Assembly (NCBI GenBank): GCA_045837725.1
Contig: JBEWZL010000102.1
Location: 1 to 64,000 of the forward strand
From: Vermamoeba vermiformis
Taxonomy: Eukaryota
DNA: 64,000 nt
Direction of reading: 5' to 3'
Shown piece after piece: positions 12,888-30,073 of this stretch. Position numbers and translations under genes: made by a program. The notes under the pieces were generated by a model. That model saw nothing but the letters and a program-made list of their open reading frames with translations. It had not been told where the DNA came from and did no database searches. Within the stretch, counting starts at the first letter, position 1, and every line of letters begins with the position of its first letter.

Positions 12888-15205
12888 CTAATTTACAGCA
12901 GGAGTTTCTTGCGGCAAGCTAACGTCATTTTGAAACTGTTGAGCGACGCCGATCGTGTGCTTGATCAGTGCGTCGGTTACAACGCCTCCCTCTTTCTTAG
13001 CCAAGGCTTGGGCAAGACGTACTGCGTTCTTAATTTGGCGACCGTTCAATTCAAACTTCGCGAGGTCATTCACATTTACGGATTTGATCTCGGTGTAGTC
13101 AAAGAAAGTCTTCCAGATCTGCTCGCGAGCTTCTTCGTTCAAATCATCGTACTTCAGAGCAACTGAAATACGACTGTGGAACGCGCTGTCGAATGACTTG
13201 ACTCTGTTTGTCGTCCTGGAAAGTTCGTTAGATCTCGTGCTGAAGGCAAGTTCATACTGCGTGCTGTACTTACAAGAACAATACACCTTGGTGGTACTCC
13301 AATAGACGCAAGAAGATACCAACCATGGCATTTCTCTTGATGTCTTGTTCAGTTCTGCGCTCTAAGAAGATGTCTAAAAGGAACATTTTAGACCGCCTGT
13401 CCCGATCATGCTCTGAGGGTTAGAATTCGTAAAGCGAGACGTACCTGCTTCGTCCAACAAAACAACGGCCTTCCAGGTCGATGCTACTTCAAGAATCTCT
13501 CGCAGTTTGTCTTCTAACTCTTGCGTGTTCGTGCCCAACTCACCGACAGACACGGAGTACAAAGGACGATGCAGCAGCTCTGCAATAGCCTCAGCAGTCA
13601 AGGTCTTACCAACACCCGGTGAACCGTGTAACAAGAAGATGCAACCGCCTGAGAGAGGTAGATTAGTATTTGAGGCTAGATCTCGTGAATGGCACCGCAC
13701 CTCCTTTGCCGGAAATGATGTCCGAGAAAGTCTTGTCTTGATTTTCAACGAGGGCACGAATGAGCTCTTTCTTGGTGGCCGACAACACGAGTCTATCAAA
13801 GGCACCATCGTCGAATTCAATGCCACTGATGTTGTCCACGGTCAGCTCACCCCACTTCTTAGCTGAGAAGCTGAAGCCGAGCAAAGTCGGCCAGCACATA
13901 AAAAGTGCCTGGGTAGGACGAGGTTAATCGTTTGCTATTGGGTGCACTTGTCCCACAACGTACCTGATCGCTCAAGTGATCCACGTAGTTGGAGTTACGA
14001 CCGCCAGAAACAAAATCTTGGTGATTGTAGTTGGGATTCATGCGTCTGAAACTAGCACCATCGAGCATAATACGACCATCAGCCTTGAAGTACGTCAAGT
14101 TGAACCACGATTGGCGGAACAACGCGCCCTTGAATTGACGGTAGTGATTGCCCTGCAGTACGGCGTTAGTACTCCTCCTGTATGGTATGTACTATGAATA
14201 TTACTTACAATTGCCAGCTCGCGGAATTTCTCACCACGGACGGTCAAATCCTTCAACGTTTCGTCATCCATTGGCACGACAGGCAGCTCACTGAGCTTCT
14301 TGGCGCCTTTGAACTCCATGATTCTGAACTGCTTCGTGTGATTCACGAACTGACCGCCGTTGCTTTGCACGACTTGACCGACGATTTGGAAGAAGCTGAA
14401 GAACATGGTTGACTTGTACTCGAACGAGATCACTTCAGATCCGATCTTGCAACCCGATGCTTCGTCCCAACCGTAGAACTTTGAGCCTTTCTTGAACAAA
14501 TACCAGACAGTCGAATAAGTGATCTTGTTCTCGGCGAGCATTGCTTCAATCTTGGCGGAGACGGGGCCGAACTCTGCATCGAGCCATTGCACCAAAGTGT
14601 AAGCAACGTGTGACTTGTCATCGCGCATAAACTCTTTGAATTGCGGCAAAAAGACTAATAACTCGTGCGCTTGAACTTTAGGCGTTAGCTCGTAGAACAC
14701 ATCCAGACCCGTTTCGTCGCGCAACCAAAAGCGAAGTTCCTCGTCTAAAAACAGGAAGGAAAAATTAATATGCATTAGTACTAGTCGGTTACTAGTTGTC
14801 AGTTTAACGGACAGCAAAAGTAAATCTGAAGTTCATCAAAATAAGACTTGCAGAAATAATGTTGGAAAAAATACCTAAAATATGGACCATAACTCTAGTT
14901 TCGATAACCTCGCCCGTTTCCTTGTCTGTAATATCCTTCTTTTGGATCTCGAATTTTGGCTTTTCTTTATTTTCTTCTGGCTCGTCTTCGTTAACGCTAA
15001 CATCATCGTCATCGTTGATGATAGGCTCTTCTCTATCAGGATTAAGCGCAGGCGGAACTGGCTTATTCTGTGCAAGTTCTCGAGAGTCGATCTGACTGGC
15101 AGGATTTGGCTGGTGCTTGGCAGACAACGAAGCCAAAGCAGTAGTTATCATCCATAAACACAATTCCAATACCTTGACCGCAAGTTCCGTGATAAAGCCC
15201 TTCAT
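12888..15205 (-). CDS. AAA+ ATPase, single AAA domain with long N-terminal region, of the type common in fungi
   Basis: Walker A HGSPGVGKT, Walker B VVLLDEA, TTNRVKSFDSAFHSRI, lid ELNGRQIKN, upstream GFSFSAKKWG..F(DR)LVL; multi-exon. Confidence 0.9.
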
Positions 15206-15464
15206 GTTGTTTTGATTGGCAGAAAAAAATAGAAATGGAATGCAACCGACTTTCAAACTTTTTTCTTGTTTCTTGCGCTTTGCTAAGCGAGTAAATTTTG
15301 TGACGGGCACAAATAAAGCCTAATGGCGTTAACTCGTTCGCATTTTGCAACTGCGGTCATGTTTGAAGTGGTTCCCAGAATTTTCAAGAAATTGGGAAAA
15401 ATGACCGTTTTGTGCGATATGTTTATTCGAACGTAAACACCAAACATACAACCACAACAGCACA

Positions 15465-15941
15465 ATGGAATTCTCATTTGTAGACATCAGCAACCCAACT
15501 AAGCACAACGAAGTCAACGTCATGCATTCCACCGTGGGAGTGGTCATCTCGAAAGACCAGATTTATAAAGCCCGAGACGCCTACAACAAGAATACAACTA
15601 TCACTATTATAGAAAACTATACTCCCTCCGTTACTCCTACCCCGACACCGAGCTACACTCCTTACGCTCAGTGCTACGTTAGTACTGGAGAGGACTACAT
15701 CTCCACTTCTAAAGGCAAGGACTACGCTGCCAAGGGCTCAGATAAATATGTTTATGCCACCACTGAATATACCACCACTGGTTACTCGAGCAGCTATTCA
15801 GAACCAAGAGAATATGTAAATACAGACGACAAGGGTGGATATAGCAAATCAGCGAAAGGTACCCAAGAATATGTTACTGCAGTCGAAGGCAAAGGTTACT
15901 CTTCCACCTATGACGGCCCTGAGTACGTAGTATCCTATTAA
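15465..15941 (+). CDS. Intronless Tyr/Thr/Ser-rich repetitive protein of unknown function
   Basis: 158-aa ORF with CA-rich start context (CACAACAGCACAATG); 20 Tyr arranged in repeated EYV..GYS units. Confidence 0.7.
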   Translation: MEFSFVDISNPTKHNEVNVMHSTVGVVISKDQIYKARDAYNKNTTITIIENYTPSVTPTPTPSYTPYAQCYVSTGEDYISTSKGKDYAAKGSDKYVYATTEYTTTGYSSSYSEPREYVNTDDKGGYSKSAKGTQEYVTAVEGKGYSSTYDGPEYVVSY

Positions 15942-16176
15942 TTCAAGATTGAATTGGAATTCTAGAATTTTCACTGAACTTGTTCCATTTTCCCGCCCAA
16001 AAAGGGATCTTTTGTAAAATAATTGTAGCGATAAGGTTTTGTATATAGAATAAATGACCCCAATTCGCATTTCTCATTATTACAGATTTTAGTCCGTTTT
16101 CAAAAAACTAGATTCACAACACGGAAGATTATTACCCGTTGTTAAATGCACTTATTTACATATCTTCAAAGCTTAT

Positions 16177-17622
16177 CTACAATTTAGCACGTAGCACAGA
16201 CTGCGTGCTTGGTTTCTTCTTTTTCTTGTTTCGTTCTTTGCGTAGAGAGTAGAACGCGTTCAGTAGGACACTAGAAGTAACGTGAATACAGCGTTGCATT
16301 AGGTCCCTAACTAAGTAACCTTACCTATATATTACAGCCGCATTGCCTGCTACGTAGATACGAGCGATTGGAGATTTGGACCAAAGCGGGATCAGCGAGA
16401 ACAAGGACAAAAGCGATGCTACTGCAGAGGTTGCAGCACCAACAAATGGCGTGATTTCTAAAGCAATATCAGTACGGGAGTTAAATGGACATGTATTGTG
16501 TTTTACTTACCTGCATTTGAACTTGTAGCGGCACGAAAGCCTGCTCGCACGTTACCTATTGATACGAGCAAAAATCCGAGTGATGCGAGAATTTCATTCC
16601 TATTGAATGTGTTATGAATAATAGGGCATAAGGAGTATACGCGTCACGAGCTTACTTATAGGTAGAGGTCAAAGAGGCCTTGCCTTCAACGAACCAAACG
16701 TACATGGTGATGAGAATCATAGCGATCCACGCGATCAATGCTGGCAAATTCAATTTGTTACGACGCATAGTCGTTAGTCTAGGTGTTGGTTAGTATATGG
16801 TGCGCAGTATTAACGACGACTACGAACCCTTCAAACATGCGCACGGGCGTCTCTAACCTCCCGTTGTATGTCATCGTCAAATACAACATGTATGAATAAA
16901 TATACGTGAATATCAAATTAAATCCAAAGAAGACGCGCCCGACACCTATTTTTTCGTTAACTCAGGGTGGTATAGGTGTATTATTAGACGTACCGGTGTT
17001 CAAAAACTTAAGTTGTGAAATGGTATTGATTAAATAACCAAGCGTAGATAATATTTGGTAGGTGCGTGGTAGTGTTAGTTTTACGCCTAAGTTCTTATGT
17101 AGCTCATCGTACATATCTTTTACGCCCACTAGACCTACAGACTACAAGAGAGAAGATGAGCAAGCGCACGCGCAATGCACAATCTTACTTGACCGTAAGC
17201 TGCCAATAATGTTGGTACGACTCTATTCCAGCGTTTATTCATTAATGGAATGGCTAAGCCCGCTACAGTAGCTGGGATCAAGGAGGTAGCGATCTGTAAA
17301 AATTCAGAAATTTATCTAAAAAATTCAAAAGTATAATCTAATCGTATAAAATTGATTGTTACCAATATTTATTATAAAATTATAATTATAACTTACCTTC
17401 ATAGAGTGTGACAGATCTCCCCAAGTAATTTTTCGTACTGACTCAGGCAAAAACGAGCCTCTTTGTTAGAATATAATTAATTATGCCACCCCATAACAAG
17501 ATTTCACGATATACTTCTTACTTAAGATTATGCAATTTTGTTTTAGCATCTGATCGCGTCAATGGAAAGTGACTCTTTAGATTCTGAAAGTACTTCTTCT
17601 TTTCTTTTGCGGCTTTTAGCAT
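16177..17622 (-). CDS. Uncharacterised multi-exon membrane protein ending in -AKL
   Basis: Manual splicing of about 9 small exons gives a continuous frame MLKAAKEKKKYFQNLK..IATSLIPATVAGLAIPL..VGRVFFGFNLIFTYIYSYML..LPALIAWIAMILITMYVWF..KKKKKPSTQSVLRAKL*. Missed by the ORF track. Confidence 0.7.
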
Positions 17623-17981
17623 GTTTGCTAGTCGTTGTCGTTATTTCATACATAATATTATGGAACAAAAATCTGTTGAATCAATTTGTTTTTGTCGCGC
17701 GAAACGAGACCACAACCATTATTTTGTTATGAATTAACATGACGAAGCATTAATAAGTAGGTTACATCGACGAACAAACGAAACTTCAAGCTGAAATCCG
17801 TTTAGATCGAACCCTAATCGATGGCAAACAGAAAGACAAAAAATTTAATTGAATAACGCCCCAAAAAATCTATTCTAAAATTAGTTATTCCCAAATTTAC
17901 GGTCCACCCCAAGATTTTTGTTTTACGGACCAACCGGTTCCAGCCATTAAACTAAATTTTATTCGATTCAACGCAACAATA

Positions 17982-20433
17982 ATGCTTACGAAATATTGTA
18001 GCGCTTTTCGATCAAGAATAATCTATTGTGCCGCGTTGCTGTGCCTCGCAGCCGTTGCCCGGACTGCTTTGCCTTTCACCGGCGTCAATCTTACTGGCCC
18101 TGAATGGAGTAAGCAAATACGTTAATTTTATACGTGAAATTAAAGCTTGCCCAATTTTCTGGCTAAGACTAAGGTCTGATCTATTTTTTTTTCAGCTGGA
18201 GCAACGAAAGGTCCCTATTGGCCAAACAGATTCGAGATAGACTTCTTTGCCTCTCGCGGCATGAATATTTTCCGCCTTCCTTTTGCTTGGGAGCTATTAC
18301 AGCCCCAGATGAGCGGCGAATTTGATACGGCGTTTTGGAACTCTTATTTAGATATTGTAACATATATTACCGATAATAAGCAGCTGCACGTCATCATAGA
18401 CCCGCACAAGTAAGCGAATCAAGTCACGAAACTTCTCAAGCTCGTTCTAATTGCCCTTACGAAGTTATGCAAGATACAACGGTCAGATCATCGGTTCTCA
18501 GGCACCTCTGAGCGCATTAACAGATCTATGGACTCGTTTGGCCACTCACTTTAAGGATAACTCGCGGGTGGTACGTAAACAAAAGCATTGCTGAGACATC
18601 AAGATTTAGATCTGATTTTGTGTGCCTTAAGATATTTGGCATTATGAACGAGCCTTCGGAGATGTCTACAACGTAAGGATTTTATATTTACATAGTAGAG
18701 TGCGGTCATGATTCTTACGATTGCGCAGGGTATGGGCCAATGATGCGAATGTTACGCTTCAAGCGATCCGCGCTGCCGGAGCACCTAATTTGGTTTTAGT
18801 ACCAGGTACGTTATTAATTCACGAGATTAAGAGGTTGAGATACTAAAGCTGTTTCGCAGGAAATGGATGGACTGGTGCCGGATCCTGGCTCGACGGCTGG
18901 TACGATACTAGTGGTGGTAGTGTATCCAATGCTGAAGCACTGTTGAACATCACGGACCCTGGAAATAACTACGCGTACGAGTTGCATTCCTATTTTGGTA
19001 ATTAACTGAAATACGTTTGATTATTTTCCTTGCTGACAGATGCTTCAGACTCCAATGGCAGCGGTGGTAGTGCTCCTTGCGTTGACCCTTCAGTTGGTAT
19101 GCATCATAATGATATTAACAGTGATATTAAGAGTGCGTGTAATTGACTTGTGCAGTGCCGTCGCACTTTGAGCAAGTGACTGGTTGGCTGAAAAACCACA
19201 GCAGACGAGGTTTCTTGGGCGAGTTTGGAGGCTCAGATCAGCTCAACTGTCTCATTGCATTCAACGACACTTTGAATTATCTCGAAGCTAACAGCGATGT
19301 CTGGTACGTTTCACGGCTTCATTAAGGAACATCTTTCTTATCAGACTACCATGTTTGCTCCAGGATGGGATGGACATACTGGGCTGGAGGACCTCGTTTC
19401 GCGAGCTCTCATTTGTCCGTCGAGCCAGTTGGCTATCCTCCACGCGAGAACGAACAGCTTCTTACCGTGATGAACTACGTGCAAAACCAAATCGTTAACA
19501 AACAATACCCCGACATAAGTAAGTCAGGAGAATCATCGAATGCATTAACTCAACAATAACCTTTAGCTCCTGCTTCGTGCAACAACGGCGCTGAACGAGT
19601 GATCTACGATGACACGTTGCAAAGCCCTTGGGACAGTTGGTATGAGTGAACAAATACTTGTTATGATATCCGTAGCATTAACACTTTCAATTACAGGAGC
19701 TGGGGCACAAACACGCTTAGCGACCCAAAAAGCGCGACGGGTACATCGTCAATCAGCTTCATCCCCGATACAAACAATGCGGTCTACTTGGTCTACGACA
19801 GCAACGCGGTTATGAACATTCCTCTGAGCGGTTACAATGCCGTTGAATTTTGGGTGGCAGGAGATAACCCTGGAGGTCAGGCGATTGAAGTTTCGTTTTG
19901 GAGCAATTATTCGCGGCCTTGGGGTGCCTCACAGCCGGTCAGCGCGTACATTGAAGGCAACACCATCACCTCGACATTCAAAAAAGCAGTCATCCCGCTG
20001 GAAGTTCTCGACGTTGTCGGCCAGTCTCTGAGCGGAATCAGTTGGTCTGACGTGCGTAAAAACAGGTTTTTCTTTTTAGACAACGAGCTTACGCATTCTT
20101 TATACAGGTCACGGGTGGCCTCCAATCTCGCGTGTATATTGATGACATCAAGTTGGTCTGCACTACCATACGTACGTACAATGGCCATACGAATAGTAAA
20201 GATTCTAATATACCAGCTGCGTAGCGGGCGGATCTCTTTCAGGCACGCCACAAGCGCCTCAAGTTCCACAAGCCCCGTCACAAAGTCCGCAATCTCCTCA
20301 GACTCAGGGCCCGCAGTCACCGCAGACAACAGCCCCACAATCTCGCGCGCCAGGTCAGAGTAACGTCTCCTCTGCTGCGGCGTTGTATCTATCGGCTTTG
20401 ATGTTCATTTTAACGTTCTTTGCAATGGTTTAA
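17982..20433 (+). CDS. GH5 endoglucanase (cellulase) with CBM-like domain, S/P/Q linker and GPI-type C-terminus; copy 1
   Basis: Signal peptide, GVNLTGPEW, MNIFRLPFAWE, IIDPH(N)YARY, IFGIMNEP (acid/base), YELHSYF, GFLGEFG (nucleophile), GWTYWAGG; hydrophobic tail AAALYLSALMFILTFFAMV*. Confidence 0.9.
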
Positions 20434-20783
20434 TAAACTGCACCGAACGAACACATATCATGCACTTGGAGTTAATTAGAAAATGCTCATGGTACTAATA
20501 TTGGAAAGTCATCAGGACAACACCTCGGAAATAAAAGGGACTATGAGTGAATCACAATTTCACGTGCGGATCAGATTAATAAACGCGAAAAATTACGATT
20601 ATTATTTGAAAATAATGAAGAAGTGAGGGCATCAATCTCTCGTAGAAATAAACGAAGTTGTTGTTCCCTGTAAATTTCTGGTTCTGAATCTAGTCTCGCG
20701 ACTCCTCCTACGTAGCTCATGGTAACCCAATTATTTTACTAATGCCTAATAATAAGTATAATGATAGTCCTGCCATTTGAAAA

Positions 20784-26816
<6,033 letters not shown>

Positions 26817-26934
26817 CGTTGAATTTAAAATAAAATAGATCTCATGTTTTGGACGTAGATTAGTCATGCGTTTCATTACAGCCACTAGCAATTATTATAT
26901 AACGATTATTATTATATTTATCGAGATTTTTCTA

Positions 26935-27689
26935 CTATACAAATTTCGCCATGAGCCAATCGTTTTGAACATCGTTTCCAAGTACAAACGGATGAACTCC
27001 AACTTTCTTGAATCCATAACGAGTATAGAATTTGATCGCTCGTGGATTAAATTCCCAAACGCCAAGCCAAACAAGTATTTTCTTGCCGTCTTGGATCTCG
27101 ATCGATTGTTGACCAGCAGAAAATTTCTTAGGAACCGCTTCAAGAGTTGCCGTCATTAACTTATCTGCTATGCCAGTGCCATGATGCGCTAATTACATTA
27201 TTAGACGCATAAGTTTCAAGTTTTAACAGGTACCTTTTCGTAAGTAACATTTGGACAGCTCTACATTATCAATTATCGACGTGCTTTCATTTTCCAATAC
27301 TGATAAATCAATAGGAGCATCAGGGGGCGTATTAAATATGAGTTTCGAAAAGCCTATGCAGTCAGCGTCCTGGATCAGATTCGGATCGTTATTGGATGCG
27401 CCAAAAAAATTTGTTTATATCAAAATTATTACCTTAAACGCCAATAAAAACAAACACTTAGGGTCTTGCAGCTCTTCAGTTTGTTGTCTAACACCGTACG
27501 TCTTCTCTAAAAATAACTTCATGTCTTCCTCGGAATTACTGCCTTGTATTGTCTAATTAATACTTGGTAATAATTAATTATATTAAATAGTATCTTACTC
27601 GCAAATGTTTCTTCAAAAGTTGATGCCGCAATTTCCGCAAGTACCGCTGCGTCAGAAATGGTCGCTTCTCGAATAGTAACTCCCTCCAT
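26935..27689 (-). CDS. GNAT acetyltransferase, PaiA/spermidine N-acetyltransferase-like
   Basis: MEGVTIREATISDAAVLAEIAASTFEETF..; HGTGIADKLM; WLGVWEFNPRAIKFYTRYGFKKVGVHPFVLG; three introns. Confidence 0.88.
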
Positions 27690-28127
27690 TTTTCAAATTA
27701 AGTATTTCTGCTTGAATATGCTATTAATAAAGCGAATGTAATACTAATTAGGACCCGTAGTAATGTTGATCTAGATCGAATAAATTTTAACGGCCGTGAA
27801 AATTAGAAAAAATTCAAAAAAAATCAACGAATATTAAGCAAAAGCATCATCTTTATCGCAGATATTATTGAGATGTTGTCCCGCGCAGGGTTGTTTCGAT
27901 CGAGGAAAAAAAAAACTGAACTTACCTTCTATTTCACCATTAGTGTTCCCGTGGCACAAATTTAACTTGAATGGAGTCCAATTAATGTTAATATGAGTAA
28001 AAATCTGTGGTGTTCGCGAGCAGATTTTACTACAAATTGTATGAAAGATTTTTACCCAGATTTTTTACAGAATACAACCCCAACGAACACAATGTTAATT
28101 ACGTATGATCATCTTCATATTTAATAA

Positions 28128-29420
28128 ATGGATTGCGAGAACAGCTGGCTTGATGCACTAGAAAGAGGCGAGATAATGCCGTTCAGAAAGTTGATCGAGC
28201 TTTTTAACAGCGTAAGAATTGTCCCGATTTATTTATTGCTCTATTATACCCAAACAAGTACGGTGTGAATAATGATAGCCACGTCAGCTCTGCAGTAAAG
28301 CTTTATAGTAATAATTCAAAATTATCAATTAATTTTATGAATTTAGGCGTATCAAATACTCGCAGCAGAGCCAAATATTGTTGAAATAGACGGCAATGTT
28401 ACTGTTGTTTCCTGTATTCGCGGAAATTTTCGCAGTTTGCTGCACGTTTTGAAAATGGCAGGACACGCATCCAAAACTCGTTATCTTTTTATTGTAAGTA
28501 GCCCTAGATAATTAATTTAGTCGTTAATATATTTAAAGGGAGGATATATTGGACGAGAGCCACTCAGTCTTGAATGTCTCTTGTTAGTGCTTGCATTGAA
28601 AGAGTTGTAAGATCCGATCTGGAGTAAATGAAGCAAATTAGACATTATATTAATATAATACATAGATATCCGCACCAAATAACACTCATTCAAAGTCGAG
28701 AAAGGGCTTATACTGATTATGTCGTTCATGCACTTGAATCAAGCGGAAAATACTCGCAGGAGGAAACGCAACAAATTATGCTTGGTTTATCCGATTTATT
28801 CACCGCAATGCCACTAGCAGCAGTAAGATATATATATATATATGCAAATAGTATTCAGCTACGTAATTAACATCGACCTGCAGCTAGTCAACAAAAAGAT
28901 CTTATGCATTCATGGAGGATTGACGCCACGTAAGGAAATGAAAATGCATACAAATAAGGCTAACTGTTATATTACGCAGATGTTGTATTGCTTTATGAAC
29001 TCGTTGCTTACGATAGATTCGCTCCAGTGAACGCGAATGAGATTGATCCAATAGAATGTTTGGTGGCGGGTTACGCTGAGCCAGACCAAGAAGGTTGGGG
29101 GCTAAGTAATGCTGGCATCGGATTTACTTACGGACAAGATATATTTGAAAAGGTAACAAAATAGGATCCGAGATCTTGGTTTCTGATCGACACAACCAAT
29201 TGAGTTCATGAAGGACAATAATCTTGAAGAAATGATCGCCGCGCGCATTCGCTCTTCTGAAGGCAGTGGCTATTTATTCGCTGGCAAATTGCTCGAATTG
29301 TTTTCGGCAGCAGACTATGCCGGCATCAATAACAAAGGCGCGTTCGTTAACATTGTTGTGGATGCGGACGGAAAACTCAGAAAGAATATTGTTTCTTACG
29401 GACCTTTCCTAAAAGAGTGA
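28128..29420 (+). CDS. PPP-family (PP1/PP2A-like) phosphatase homologue lacking the catalytic motifs (pseudophosphatase)
   Basis: Spliced frame reads ILAAEPNIVEIDGNVTVVSCIRGNF..RYLFI|GGYIGREPLSLECLLLVLALKEL|YPHQITLIQSRE..AMPLAA|LVNKKILCIHGGLTP..GWGLSNAGIGFTYGQD..LLELFSAADYAG..NKGA. Start codon is uncertain. Confidence 0.85.
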
Positions 29421-30073
29421 AGAGAGAAGCTAGCTTGTCACTAGTTATGGTTTAAGTGCATTGCATTTGTGGTAATTAGTTCAAGAAGAGCAAAAAGGCG
29501 ATCTTAATTAATCCTAGTTTCTAAAGTAATAACAGTCATTATGAAATTTCTGTATCAAACGGTAGCCTTGATCCAATTTATGCAAAATATTGGAATAATT
29601 TTCTTTTTGTTGCTTTATGCCATCAAAAAGGACATAATTAGTAGTGACTTACTGCAATAACAAAAACTTAAATTTCCTCGCTCCTCGAAGTGAGATCCAA
29701 TTTATTTTAGAAAATAACGACTTTACTAACGGCTCTATTTTACGTGTAGGCCAGAAAGCGTGACTAGCTTCTAAACAATAAACTAATTCAACATAAATGC
29801 TTCGCAGCACTCTTCTACCACGCAAGCTGGATTTGATCCATGTCAACCTCTTTGACAGATGGGACAAGGTCAGTGCCTCATGTCACCTCAATGGAGTTGA
29901 GTGCCATAGAATACCACTCATTATACTCGCGTAAGCCGATCATAATATAATCAGTTCTCTTGTTTACAGTCTTACTTTCTCAACAGTTCTAGATTCGGTT
30001 TTTGGAATGGAAATTAAAGGAATCACCATTCAGGACTATTATTACTTAACGCACATATAACTCACCACAAGTG

